A stretch of 32,000 nt of DNA from an archaeon. GTDB lineage: Archaea > Asgardarchaeota > Thorarchaeia > Thorarchaeales > Thorarchaeaceae. Of the stretch, positions 1 to 9,367 are shown piece by piece. The DNA is taken from positions 1 to 32,000 of the forward strand of contig JAJRZD010000127.1 of the NCBI GenBank assembly GCA_024275415.1. Direction: 5' to 3'. The notes beneath the pieces are model-generated. The model searched no databases and was not told where the DNA came from. It saw only the letters and a list, made by a program, of their open reading frames with translations. Position 1 is the first letter of the stretch. Every line of letters starts with the position of its first letter. The position numbers were made by a program, and so were the translations under genes.

Positions 1-1
1 T

Positions 2-2662
2 GATATATACCAATCAAATAACGTAACAGTTACGGATACAACAGCCACTAATCTTGGTATGTATGGGATTTACATCGAGGTTTCTGATCTACTGGTATTC
101 GAGAACATCTCCATTTCTGAAACGGGTCAAGAAGCGTTCTATGCTTGGACAAGCCATAACGGTTCATTGACCAATTCAAAAATCAGCCATGCGCAGGATT
201 CAGGAGCTTACGTGGACACAGGTGCCAATTGGACTATAGCAAACAACGTCGTGGTAGATACAGACGACTATGCAATTGGGATAACTAACGGTGCAAACGC
301 AATATTGACCGGGAACGTGATAGATGAATCCCTTGATGGCATTTATGTTGATACCATACCTGATGCAATAGTCACCAACAATCAGGTAACGGGCTCGAGT
401 GGAGGTAGCATCAGTATTGGTAGCAGTGACAGGAGCGTAGTGCAAGATAATGTCATCACGAAAGGCTCCGAAGGAATATATGTCAGTTCATCAGAGAATG
501 CCACGATTCTAGGAAACATCATTGGCGTGGACGGACAGTATGGCATTGGTATTGACACTGCTGACAATGCATTGATAGAAGATAATGTGATCAGCAATTC
601 ACCTAATGATGGCATTAGAATCTTAGTCAGTCAAAACTTACGAGTCATCAACAACAGCCTGACAGATTGTGGTTTCTATCTCGAACCGACAGCTGGGGGT
701 TGGCCACCAGGGCTTCCGTTATCCTATGTTTTCTTCAACCATACGTTCTCTGGGAATACTATCAACGGCAAAGACCTCTATTATTCAAGGGATCTTCAGA
801 ATCTGGTTCTAGATGCTGATGACTATGCCCAGTTTATCCTGTTGAATGCGACGAATGTCGTGATCCAAGATGGTTCGTTCGGTATGGTGACCACTCCAGT
901 TGAAGCTCTGCATTCTGATAATGTCGTCATCGACGGAGTTACGTCAAGCAATTCGTATAGAGGACTTGTCTTCGCTACCAGTAGTAATGTGTCAGTAGTT
1001 GATTCATTCATATCAGGTCTTAATGGGTTCGGTGGAATAACTGCCAACAATATAGACCAGTTAGAGGTTCGCAATTCTACTCTAACTAGGGGTAGAGCTC
1101 TATCGGTGTATTACTCAGAACCTGTGAATGTGATTGACAGCACTTTTTCATACTCCTATCGTGGAATACATAGTTATGACTCAAATAATTTCACGATTTC
1201 AGGATCCACTTTTGAGAACATCCAATATGAAGCAATCTATACGGCGCCAGGAGGTCAGTATTCTACGATTGAGAACAACCTCATACGGAATGTAACATAT
1301 GGGGTCTATACTTACGGGTTCAATAGCACTATTCGGAACAACGAGATATATCATGCGTCAATTAACGGTATCGCACTCTGGAGCAATGCAAGATTCTGCA
1401 ATATCACTGAGAACTATATTGAGAGCTCATATAATGGAATCTATGTCAGTTTTGCTGATGATTTGAGAATTCAAAACAACACTGTGTTGTACAATGACAA
1501 CTATGGTATCTATGCTTCATACTCAACAGGCTCATTGATCTACTACAATGTCTTCGCATTGAGCGGAACAGCGAATGCATGGGATAGGAACAGTGCTACC
1601 TACTATAAAGCATGGAACGACAGTGTTGACACAGGAAACTGGTGGGATGACTACACGCCTCCTGGTGTGTACAATATCAGTGGAGGCGCGGGTTCAATAG
1701 ACTACTACCCGATGGTGTATCTGCCCACTTCACCTATCGTTGACCACCCGCTTGATTTGTACTATGCAGAGGGTTCAGGAGGCAATACGCTCACATGGCG
1801 GCCTTTTGACGATTCGCTTCGAGATTGGGAGCTATACATCGATGGGACACTATGGGAATCTGACGCATGGGACTTTGTTGATGTGACTGTTAACGTTGAC
1901 GGGCTGGCATACGGGACACATGAGGCAAAGATAATCATCTATGATGTGGACCAGAACAATGTGACTGATACCCTTATGATACATGTCTACGACCACACCC
2001 CTCCGGCCATCAGCAACGTCCCCAACGCATGGGCATTTGTCGATGGGTCTGGTCAGACCTTGACCTGGGATGTTTCAGACCTTCATCCAGACACTTACGA
2101 AGTGTTGCTGGATGACGAGAGTTTTGATAGTGGATCATGGACGACAGGAACGCTCGATGTGAATATCGATGGTCTTACCGAAGGAGAGCATACACTCATC
2201 ATAACCATCAGAGACCTCGATGGTAATACTGCATCTGATACGGTCATTATCCGTGTCATCAAGGATGACACCAGTCCCGTATTGACAGGGTCTGCTGATA
2301 TCACATACATCGAAGGGGAAATCGGCAACATCATCGTATGGGACGCGGTAGAAGAGTATCCGGACAGCTTTGCCGTGTCGTACAATAGCTCAGAGATCCT
2401 GTCTGGGTCTTGGGGTGGAGCCCGCATCGTGGTCAGCGTGGATGGACTGCCTGTTGGCTCTCATGTCTTTGTCCTCACTGTCAGCGATGGAAGTGGAAAT
2501 ACAGCGAGCGACTCGGTTACTGTCACGGTCTTACAAGCTGTAGGTGGCGAAACTCCTCCAGAGCTTCTTGACCTCGGATGGTTGTTACCGGTCGCTGCGG
2601 GAATCGGGGTTGTCGCTATAATTGTGATAGTAGTATTCCTCTATCGGAAGAGAGTGACATAA
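2..2662 (+). CDS. Cell-surface protein with right-handed parallel beta-helix (NosD-like) repeats, three Ig-like repeats and a C-terminal TM anchor; 5'-truncated
   Basis: Frame 2 is open from the window edge (DIYQSNNVTVTDTTATNLG-MYG...), so the true start lies upstream. Many 'I.NN.I....GI.' beta-helix rungs, a 'GNWWDDY' motif, three ~90-aa repeats (EG..GN.L.W / DGL..G.H / D..GN...D.V), and a hydrophobic tail followed by YRKRVT. Confidence 0.85.
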   Translation, partial: DIYQSNNVTVTDTTATNLGMYGIYIEVSDLLVFENISISETGQEAFYAWTSHNGSLTNSKISHAQDSGAYVDTGANWTIANNVVVDTDDYAIGITNGANAILTGNVIDESLDGIYVDTIPDAIVTNNQVTGSSGGSISIGSSDRSVVQDNVITKGSEGIYVSSSENATILGNIIGVDGQYGIGIDTADNALIEDNVISNSPNDGIRILVSQNLRVINNSLTDCGFYLEPTAGGWPPGLPLSYVFFNHTFSGNTINGKDLYYSRDLQNLVLDADDYAQFILLNATNVVIQDGSFGMVTTPVEALHSDNVVIDGVTSSNSYRGLVFATSSNVSVVDSFISGLNGFGGITANNIDQLEVRNSTLTRGRALSVYYSEPVNVIDSTFSYSYRGIHSYDSNNFTISGSTFENIQYEAIYTAPGGQYSTIENNLIRNVTYGVYTYGFNSTIRNNEIYHASINGIALWSNARFCNITENYIESSYNGIYVSFADDLRIQNNTVLYNDNYGIYASYSTGSLIYYNVFALSGTANAWDRNSATYYKAWNDSVDTGNWWDDYTPPGVYNISGGAGSIDYYPMVYLPTSPIVDHPLDLYYAEGSGGNTLTWRPFDDSLRDWELYIDGTLWESDAWDFVDVTVNVDGLAYGTHEAKIIIYDVDQNNVTDTLMIHVYDHTPPAISNVPNAWAFVDGSGQTLTWDVSDLHPDTYEVLLDDESFDSGSWTTGTLDVNIDGLTEGEHTLIITIRDLDGNTASDTVIIRVIKDDTSPVLTGSADITYIEGEIGNIIVWDAVEEYPDSFAVSYNSSEILSGSWGGARIVVSVDGLPVGSHVFVLTVSDGSGNTASDSVTVTVLQAVGGETPPELLDLGWLLPVAAGIGVVAIIVIVVFLYRKRVT
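1730..2532 (+). repeat. Three tandem ~90-aa Ig-like protein repeats
   Basis: Repeated VNVDGLAYGTH / VNIDGLTEGEH / VSVDGLPVGSH and DQNNVTD / DGNTASD / SGNTASD in the translation. Confidence 0.75.
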
Positions 2663-2684
2663 TAGAACCATCTTAGCGTTCTAA

Positions 2685-2729
2685 ATGGCAGCCGGTGTTA
2701 TATCACCGGATTGCCATCTTTTTCTTTTC
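2685..2729 (+). terminator. Hairpin plus T-rich tract after the beta-helix gene
   Basis: ATGGCAGCCGGTG-TTATAT-CACCGGATTGCCAT followed by CTTTTTCTTTTC. Confidence 0.55.
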
Positions 2730-2874
2730 AAACAGGTTATACTGACCTCTAGAATCAAAATCTGAGGTCATCCGAAAGTGGAGATCCAGTTGTACCTCAC
2801 GGTTCGATTATGCTAGATGTAAAATTTAAATTAACCCACTATTTAGCGGGTTTATTGCTTGGAGGTCTTGTTGC

Positions 2875-3708
2875 GTGCACGCCACAAATGACACAAGTGA
2901 AAGACAAATCACACATATACAGGTGTATGGAGTTTCTGGTTCTTGTGTTGCAAGACACAGAAATGAGATTATGGATATTGAAGCGGGGATTAACCCTGTA
3001 AAAACAAAAGAAACAGGTATTGTGAATGTAGCTCCTGAACTACTTGCTGGAGTGTCTGGCTGCAAGGGAATAACAAGTGGTATATCAAGCGACGATGCGT
3101 TGTTCTGTCTTCTGATTTCTGTAGTGGCACTGGCACTCTTCGCTATCGTTTGGGCAGTTGTAATGATTGTGTTTTCTATTGTAACATTAGGCGGATTTGT
3201 TAGACGGCGTTTCCGTACTTTAGTCGAGATCGAGAATGAAAATAAGGAATTCCTAGGACGACTTGCAACCAGTGTGGTCAGTGATGAGGGCGTAATGAAC
3301 TACCCCCTTGGCATTCCAGAATATGACAATTGGATGCATTCGACGTTTGCACTCTTCAACCAAGCGAAGCTTGTACGTCAAGTAAGCTTGTTGATCGGTT
3401 CTCTATGGGGATTTACCGAGATTGGTTTCAAGCTGTATCAGGTATTCAGGCCTTCCTTTACGTATGACCTCTGGCCTTTTCGGTTTGTTATGATTCTCAT
3501 TTTCACACCGCTGATTCTTTATAGTCCCTTCCTCGAATGGAGAATGAGAAATGCCTTTTCCGAGGGGCGAGAGGTTGTGCAAGCTATACAGTCTGTAAAT
3601 CCGACATACCATCCTGATAATCCTATGAGATTCAGTGAAAAGCCCGTGGTAGTAGAATTGCCACTTGAGCCCAACGAATCGGATGTGTCACAAGAGGATT
3701 CTCCGTAG
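2875..3708 (+). CDS. Hypothetical multi-pass membrane protein; start uncertain
   Basis: 277-aa ORF with about 3-4 hydrophobic segments. The GTG start is uncertain (alternative ATG at 2968) and the 5' region looks degenerate. Confidence 0.6.
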   Translation: MHATNDTSERQITHIQVYGVSGSCVARHRNEIMDIEAGINPVKTKETGIVNVAPELLAGVSGCKGITSGISSDDALFCLLISVVALALFAIVWAVVMIVFSIVTLGGFVRRRFRTLVEIENENKEFLGRLATSVVSDEGVMNYPLGIPEYDNWMHSTFALFNQAKLVRQVSLLIGSLWGFTEIGFKLYQVFRPSFTYDLWPFRFVMILIFTPLILYSPFLEWRMRNAFSEGREVVQAIQSVNPTYHPDNPMRFSEKPVVVELPLEPNESDVSQEDSP

Positions 3709-3794
3709 GACAAAGCAGCACTTCGACCTTTCGGACAACCCTGTCAAAAGTGACAAATGACGAAGCACATTTGCTGCATACATAGTGTAAACCA

Positions 3795-3842
3795 ATGAAA
3801 ACAAAGACAAAGGAGTTGAGAGACCCTTGTCAAGAGTCTCTC
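3795..3842 (-). terminator. Hairpin plus T-rich tract downstream of kbl
   Basis: Minus strand GAGAGACTCTT-GAC-AAGGGTCTCTC followed by CTCCTTTGTCTTTGTTTTC, just after the kbl stop. Confidence 0.5.
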
Positions 3843-3852
3843 TACTTGCGGA

Positions 3853-5043
3853 CTAGAGTATGTTGAGCTGCTTGCCGACTTTCTCGTATGCACTCAGGGC
3901 GATATCCAGTTGCTCCTTGGTGAGCCCACTGTTCATCATGTTCCTAATTCGGGCTTTATCGCGGGCGACCATTGGGAACACGATTGGCAGAGCTAAGATT
4001 CCCTCCTTGAACAGTCCTTCGCTCAATGCAACCGCCTTTGCACTCTCTCCAACTATTGCAGGGATGATGGGGGTCTGGCTGAAACCCGTGTCGTATCCGA
4101 GGTCTTGTAGTCCTTTCACAAAGTATTCTCTATTCTCCCAAAGGGTTCTAACATGCTCTTCTTCAGTTTCAAGCACATCAATTGCAGCGATACATGCAGC
4201 AGCCGTAGCAGGCGGGTGTGACGCACTAAGAAGCCATGATCGGCTCTTGTTGAGCGCATAGTTCACCATGTCCCTGCTTCCTGAAACATGACCTCCCATT
4301 ACACCAAATGCCTTACTGAATGTGCCCATCTCAAAGTGGACATCTTCGTGTGTGAGATTGAAATGTGAAACGATGCCTCGTCCACCTTTCCCAAGCACGG
4401 CTTCACCGTGTGCATCATCCACGTAGATCATCGCGCCGTGTTCTTTTCCAGCCTTGACGATTTCATCCAAAGGTGCTATGTCTCCATCCATAGAGAACAC
4501 ACCATCAGTTATGATGAGCATCTTCTCGGGTTTATCTTTTTCAGCCTCGTTGAGGACACGCTCAAGGTCAGCGACATCATTGTGTTTGTAGACGAACCGT
4601 GTGGCCTTGGTCAATCGGACACCGTCGATAATGCTGCCGTGATTTAGTTCGTCTGAGATGATCGCATCACCTTTTCCGACCAATTGAGGGATTAACCCCT
4701 CGTTTGTTGTAAAGCCTGCACTATAGGTGAGTGAAGCCTCAGCTCCTTTGAACTGTGCAAGTCTTCGTTCAAGCTCAAGGTGTACATCCATTGTACCCGC
4801 AATGGCGCGAACCGAACCGGAGCCAGCGCCATGAGTTTCAATTGCCTTGATTGCCGCTTCTTTCAGTTTGGGATGGTTTGAGAGGTTGAGGTAATTATTG
4901 CTACAAAGCATTATGACCTCATGACCATCAATCTTCGCTTTTGGAGTACTTGGTCCTTGGAGCTCGCGGATAACCCAATTGAGCTTCTGATCGACAAGTT
5001 TCTGATACTCTTCACGCATCCATCCGATAGGATCTCTTTTCAT
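3853..5043 (-). CDS. kbl: Glycine C-acetyltransferase (2-amino-3-ketobutyrate CoA ligase) / AONS-family PLP enzyme
   Basis: Motifs CSNNYLNL, GSGSVRAIAGT, SDELNHGSIIDG, ITDGVFSMDGD, VDDAHG and TFSKAFG (PLP lysine). Start moved from the track's 5253 to ATG 5043 (MKRDPIGW), which has a GGGTGA RBS-like element upstream. Confidence 0.85.
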   Translation of the reverse strand: MKRDPIGWMREEYQKLVDQKLNWVIRELQGPSTPKAKIDGHEVIMLCSNNYLNLSNHPKLKEAAIKAIETHGAGSGSVRAIAGTMDVHLELERRLAQFKGAEASLTYSAGFTTNEGLIPQLVGKGDAIISDELNHGSIIDGVRLTKATRFVYKHNDVADLERVLNEAEKDKPEKMLIITDGVFSMDGDIAPLDEIVKAGKEHGAMIYVDDAHGEAVLGKGGRGIVSHFNLTHEDVHFEMGTFSKAFGVMGGHVSGSRDMVNYALNKSRSWLLSASHPPATAAACIAAIDVLETEEEHVRTLWENREYFVKGLQDLGYDTGFSQTPIIPAIVGESAKAVALSEGLFKEGILALPIVFPMVARDKARIRNMMNSGLTKEQLDIALSAYEKVGKQLNIL

Positions 5044-5249
5044 TTTCGTCACCCTTCTGAGCCCGAAAACGGGGCTGAATCTGTTCGGGGCGCTTTTTTT
5101 TGAGTATTTATGAGTATTCATTCCTTCATAGAACCTGTTAACATTGTGAAAAATCATAAAGTGACTGTAAGTTTGAAGGTAACATGTCATCTGGAGAGGA
5201 GGATGGTGCGTGCATTCCCAATACGGGATGAGGGAATACTGTTCAAATA

Positions 5250-6566
5250 TCACTCTGCCTGCTGGTATGGCAGCACATCTCGATTTCGCTCTATTCGGAT
5301 TCTAGCATTCCTCCGTACAGCAAGATACAGGGGAATGACAGAGATCGGATACATTAGCATGGCTACTGGAAAGACGAGTTTTCCATATTCGACAATATCA
5401 GCGAAATATGCAAGGAGAAAAGCGGTAAGAAGAGTACCTGTCTGTCGTGGGAATTGCCACATGACTCGAGTTATGGAGAAAGCCCTGGCCCTGCGTGAAA
5501 CTGCGACCTCGTCCATGAAGAGCGAGTTGAAGGCTGGTCTATTCATATTGGCAATGGCGTTTCGTGCAACGTAAAAGACAAGCATCAACAGGAACCATGG
5601 GCTATACACGATTCCCACCATGAGTATCGGAGCCAAGAAGTATAGGCTACCAATCATCCGAACTTTTCCGACTCGGTCGCTGAATAACCCCACTGCGAGT
5701 GTTCCTGTCGCTAGTGTGATGTTTGCAATAGCAGGGACACTTCCCAGAACAATCGGGTCAGGACTAAAGGCTGCATAGATGAAGGGAATCAAATACGGTA
5801 TAGTCATCCCAGAACTGATGCCCATCATCAGTTGGGTGGTGCCAAATAGTAGCGCAGTTTCAGTGTCTTGTTTCTCGGTCGTTTCTTCTTCCAGAAATGT
5901 GGGCTCGACATCTTCTGTTGTTTCTATCACTGTACCATCATTGCCGTTCTGCCGGAGCCATTTCTCGGAGTAGAGCCCAAAGACACCAGTCATGATCCTG
6001 AAATAACCCATCATCCAGAAGAGAATCGCGTATCTGAGCATCTCAATAGAGATGTACGGGAATGCCACTGGATCCAAGAAATATCCCGCGAAGAATGAAC
6101 CGAACATCGCAGCTAGAATCGCGACGGCAGTAGTGTAACCGTAGGAGCGAGTTCGTTCATCGCCTTTCCGAGTATGGTCGGCAATGAGAGAGTCGATTGA
6201 GGTACGTGAGAAGCCTGTACCTACTCCGCTCAGCCCATATATTATCAAGATAAACAGGGGATCTGTAGTGAATGGGATAAGGAGCAGACATATGCCAGCA
6301 AAGGAACCTCCAATCAGTATTGCGGTGCCTCTCCCCTTGCGGTCACTAAACCATCCTGCTGGAAAGAGAAAGATGCCTTGCATATATCCTGCCGCAGCAA
6401 CGAGGAATCCATAGAATGCCTCATCACGCCCAATGGCCAGAGCGAAAAGAGGCAATGCAATTTGCGTCAGTGACATAGTAAGTCTGCTTAATGCAGAGAG
6501 TATCGAAAGGCGTGCTATCTTGGCAGTGTGCTGTGGGTCGATGTCAAATGGCACATTCAGGTTCAT
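5250..6566 (-). CDS. MFS transporter
   Basis: About 12 TM segments in two halves, with MFS motif A-like GWFSDRKGR and GLFSDRVGK. Confidence 0.88.
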   Translation of the reverse strand: MNLNVPFDIDPQHTAKIARLSILSALSRLTMSLTQIALPLFALAIGRDEAFYGFLVAAAGYMQGIFLFPAGWFSDRKGRGTAILIGGSFAGICLLLIPFTTDPLFILIIYGLSGVGTGFSRTSIDSLIADHTRKGDERTRSYGYTTAVAILAAMFGSFFAGYFLDPVAFPYISIEMLRYAILFWMMGYFRIMTGVFGLYSEKWLRQNGNDGTVIETTEDVEPTFLEEETTEKQDTETALLFGTTQLMMGISSGMTIPYLIPFIYAAFSPDPIVLGSVPAIANITLATGTLAVGLFSDRVGKVRMIGSLYFLAPILMVGIVYSPWFLLMLVFYVARNAIANMNRPAFNSLFMDEVAVSRRARAFSITRVMWQFPRQTGTLLTAFLLAYFADIVEYGKLVFPVAMLMYPISVIPLYLAVRRNARIRIERNRDVLPYQQAE

Positions 6567-6790
6567 TGCTCGGTCACGATCCCAGTAGGATGACAGGAGA
6601 TTTTATTTTGCTAGATAAGTTATTCTTCTGAGGCATCGCGGGAGATGTGGGATCAGTTCCGAGTCCTAGCGTAATTCTTAGTAATATCGACGTTTCAGAT
6701 GCCAATGCCAACTCCCTGCGGTGGTAACATATCCGATTCCCATGGATCCACCATGATATCTCGATTAGCCTACCTGAATTCTAATCATGC

Positions 6791-6918
6791 TCAGTCGTTG
6801 AAAATTTCAGCTATGGTACAGTCAAGTTCTCACTCTGTACAGCCATATCGAAGTCCAGTGGGATTCCATTCAACGACACGAGGAGCCACGAGCTCTGCTA
6901 GCAGTCACTACATTTCAT
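6791..6918 (-). pseudogene. Probable disrupted small zinc-ribbon (CxxC...CxxC) gene
   Basis: ATG 6918 gives MKCSDC, then after a frameshift AELVAPRVVEWNPTGLRYGCTE*(TGA)ELDCTIAEIFND*; reconstructed by hand. Confidence 0.4.
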
Positions 6919-6932
6919 CCTTTCGAATATAT

Positions 6933-7508
6933 TTATCCGTGACTTTCGGTTTCTCCCTCAGAGTCCGATACATCTTGCTCCTCGTCGTCCTTGCAAGCAT
7001 ATTCTGGGACAACTAAGATAGCGATGAAAATGACCGCCATGACCGCGATTCCCACTTCAGACCTAAGGAATAGGCTGATGTTCCCGACAGCTGGTATCCT
7101 ACTAACCATGACGCCAATAATCTCATCATATGTCCTTTCGCCAGGGTCGCGCATCGCGTTGTTATCGCCTTTCGTATAGTAGTAATACTCGCCATCAACA
7201 ATCTGTATCTCTACGACCCGATGAACAACCGGGCCTGTATTGTGAAACAAATTGTCTTGAAAGACAATGATATCCATAAGATGTATGTCTTCCGGAGCTC
7301 TTGCTTGTAGAATTAGGAGGTCTCCACGGTAAAGGGTGGGTTCCATTGAATCGCTGATGACCACGACCAAAGGACTTGTCGTACCCATTGCGACCATAAA
7401 GAGGCCGTATCCTGCAAGGGTTCCGCCTACAACGATCCCAAGGAGGAATGCGGTCTTCGCCCACTCAGAGCGCTCATTCCACTTGAGTTTTTGACGTATC
7501 CGCTCCAT
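6933..7508 (-). CDS. sec11: Signal peptidase I, archaeal/ER type (S26B)
   Basis: N-terminal TM, catalytic Ser in SDSMEPTLYRGD, His in VVHRV, TKGDNN, and a C-terminal TM. Confidence 0.92.
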   Translation of the reverse strand: MERIRQKLKWNERSEWAKTAFLLGIVVGGTLAGYGLFMVAMGTTSPLVVVISDSMEPTLYRGDLLILQARAPEDIHLMDIIVFQDNLFHNTGPVVHRVVEIQIVDGEYYYYTKGDNNAMRDPGERTYDEIIGVMVSRIPAVGNISLFLRSEVGIAVMAVIFIAILVVPEYACKDDEEQDVSDSEGETESHG

Positions 7509-7690
7509 ATTAGTGCCTCATACTCGAGTGATTTTCTCAGTCTAATAAAACTGACGTTGCGGGCTGAGCGCTTTCGGCAACAGTCGGTCAATCCTGTGCA
7601 TTGGTATCAATCGATATGTTTACAATATCAGTTTCGAGTGATTTTGAAGAGGCTATTTCGGTGAGTAGCATATGGACGAAATCTGCTTAA

Positions 7691-8794
7691 GCAAGTCCAC
7701 AGTTTGACTGCGGATTGTGTGGATACCCAAAGTGTTCTAATTTCACAAAGGCGGCTATAGTCGGTCTGGTCGAAATTGATGCTTGTCCTGTCCTAAAACT
7801 GTCCTCATTTCAAGAAGTTCGTCAGAAGCTATGCGATCTTGTTTCAAAAAAAGCTGGATTGCGTTTCAAGACAGCAACAGAACTGCCAGAAGGTGGGGTT
7901 CTTCTTACTCGCCCTTGTAAAGACACAGATCAGAAGGTCATGGCCGAGCTGAGGATTCACAATGGTGTGAAACCTGGTGAACGAGTTGTGTTCGGCGTGT
8001 TTGACCCAAGCCTCCTGTGCGACCTTTCGGAATGCTTGAAACAGGAGTTCGAAGCGGTAAAGTGCAGCAAAGATCTAGGGTATGGACGAGCGGATACGGG
8101 TGAGATGAGCATAACCATTCTTCAAGATGGGCGCGTCAATATGAGAAGGGTTGATAACAAGGAACAAGTCCTCAAGGTATTCGCGAAAATAGAACGAGTA
8201 ATTCTAGGTTCGACCATCTGTAATTGCTGCGGCAATGACCTTATCTCAATCGCATCGGGGCTGGTCGAACATAACCATAGACACACCGTACTGGACTGCG
8301 GATCCATGGCGAAGATTGATTGTGACCTACTCAAGCCAAAGCTCACAAAAAGTCTTGTGAAAGACATCTTTGGTTCTATGGAGCTACTCGATGAACTTGA
8401 CTCTCTCGCAATGGCATTCCTTAACGTGCTTGATAAACCACTTGAAATACACAAACTGATAATACCAGAAGTGTCAAGCGATCTTATGTGCCGTATCGTA
8501 TCGTTGGTTGATGAGAACGGCTCCAATGCCAAGATGGCCTTGCTACTACGGCTTCTGGGATTTGAATGGATACTTCGAAGTACATCGAATGCTATAGAGA
8601 AGGTGCATCAACTCGCCCAAGGACTGCATGGTGAGAAGTTGAAGCAAGTGAATGTACTGTTGGACGCAGTGCGCACTGGAAAATCCTCACAACCTCCGTC
8701 TTTAGATGACGATGTGCTATTCAGAGCATTTGCGTTGTCCAAATGTTTGGTCAGAGGGCTGGACGCAATCACTGATTGGCTATCAGAATCTTAG
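7691..8794 (+). CDS. Fe-S cluster-binding protein (N-terminal CxxCxxxxC...CP domain); 5' end disrupted or ambiguous
   Basis: DCGLCGYPKC...DACP motif and a further ICNCCG. The first Cys (7709) lies upstream of the track's TTG start (7715), and there is an in-frame TAA at 7688-7690. Confidence 0.65.
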   Translation, partial: ASPQFDCGLCGYPKCSNFTKAAIVGLVEIDACPVLKLSSFQEVRQKLCDLVSKKAGLRFKTATELPEGGVLLTRPCKDTDQKVMAELRIHNGVKPGERVVFGVFDPSLLCDLSECLKQEFEAVKCSKDLGYGRADTGEMSITILQDGRVNMRRVDNKEQVLKVFAKIERVILGSTICNCCGNDLISIASGLVEHNHRHTVLDCGSMAKIDCDLLKPKLTKSLVKDIFGSMELLDELDSLAMAFLNVLDKPLEIHKLIIPEVSSDLMCRIVSLVDENGSNAKMALLLRLLGFEWILRSTSNAIEKVHQLAQGLHGEKLKQVNVLLDAVRTGKSSQPPSLDDDVLFRAFALSKCLVRGLDAITDWLSES

Positions 8795-9246
8795 TGCCCG
8801 TACCTTTTGGAAGCATCTCGTATTATCCGTAAAATCCTGTCAGCATCCTCGAGGGCATCCGGTTGCCAGTCCTCCACTTGTTTCACAATATAACCCCCCG
8901 CTTCTCGTGAGAGGAATTCCTTGATCAGCTTGAGTTTCTTGGTTTCTGCAGCAGCGACTCTCATCGCGTCCTTTGTTGTGGGAAAGCCCGATTCTGGGAC
9001 TTCAGTTGAACTCATCAAGTACCACTGATCATCACCAATCTTGGCAGCGATTATCTTTGCAGGCATAGTAGTGATGTTCTCTTTGAAGACTATAGTGTCA
9101 CCTATCTCGACGCTCTCAATCACAGCGCAGTGGTTACCCACTAGCGATTCGCAAGATTCGCTAAAATCAAAAAGCACTTTCTCGATGGCTTTCCGTAGAA
9201 CATCCAATGTTGCATAAACGATGATTCCTTCACTGGTTCCTGGCAT
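8791..9246 (-). CDS. Hypothetical protein
   Basis: 151-aa ATG ORF with globular composition, overlapping the convergent neighbour's stop by 4 nt; no motif recognised. Confidence 0.7.
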   Translation of the reverse strand: MPGTSEGIIVYATLDVLRKAIEKVLFDFSESCESLVGNHCAVIESVEIGDTIVFKENITTMPAKIIAAKIGDDQWYLMSSTEVPESGFPTTKDAMRVAAAETKKLKLIKEFLSREAGGYIVKQVEDWQPDALEDADRILRIIRDASKRYGH

Positions 9247-9335
9247 GACGATTCACTACAGGCATCAACATACACCGAATTAACCTTTGCTGTATTCTAA
9301 TCCCAGTGGTGCGCGTTCCTATCAGACCTGATATC

Positions 9336-9341
9336 TTAAAA
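9336..9341 (+). promoter_or_regulatory. Putative archaeal TATA box for the MBL-ggt-aspA run
   Basis: TTAAAA about 27 nt upstream of GTG 9368. Confidence 0.4.
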
Positions 9342-9367
9342 GCAGAGGATTCAGCTCGTGTGTCGAA

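Noticed and set aside
3818-3842. Inverted GAGAC/GTCTC pair as an R-M recognition or transposon-end feature
   Set aside because: Its position and downstream T tract fit a simple terminator hairpin for kbl.
5044-5253. The track's 70-aa N-terminal extension of kbl
   Set aside because: It is not protein-like, spans the intergenic hairpin and T tract, and ATG 5043 has an RBS and gives the usual family length.
6760-6832. Selenoprotein with a downstream SECIS (ATGATTAG...CTAATCGAG on the minus strand)
   Set aside because: The stem is short and Watson-Crick paired, without the GA/GA quartet and long helix II, and the ORF also needs a frameshift.
6600-6930. Structured ncRNA (SRP or RNase P RNA) in the ~360-bp gap
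   Set aside because: No GC-rich helices or conserved SRP/RNase P motifs are seen, and part of the gap is explained by the zinc-ribbon remnant.
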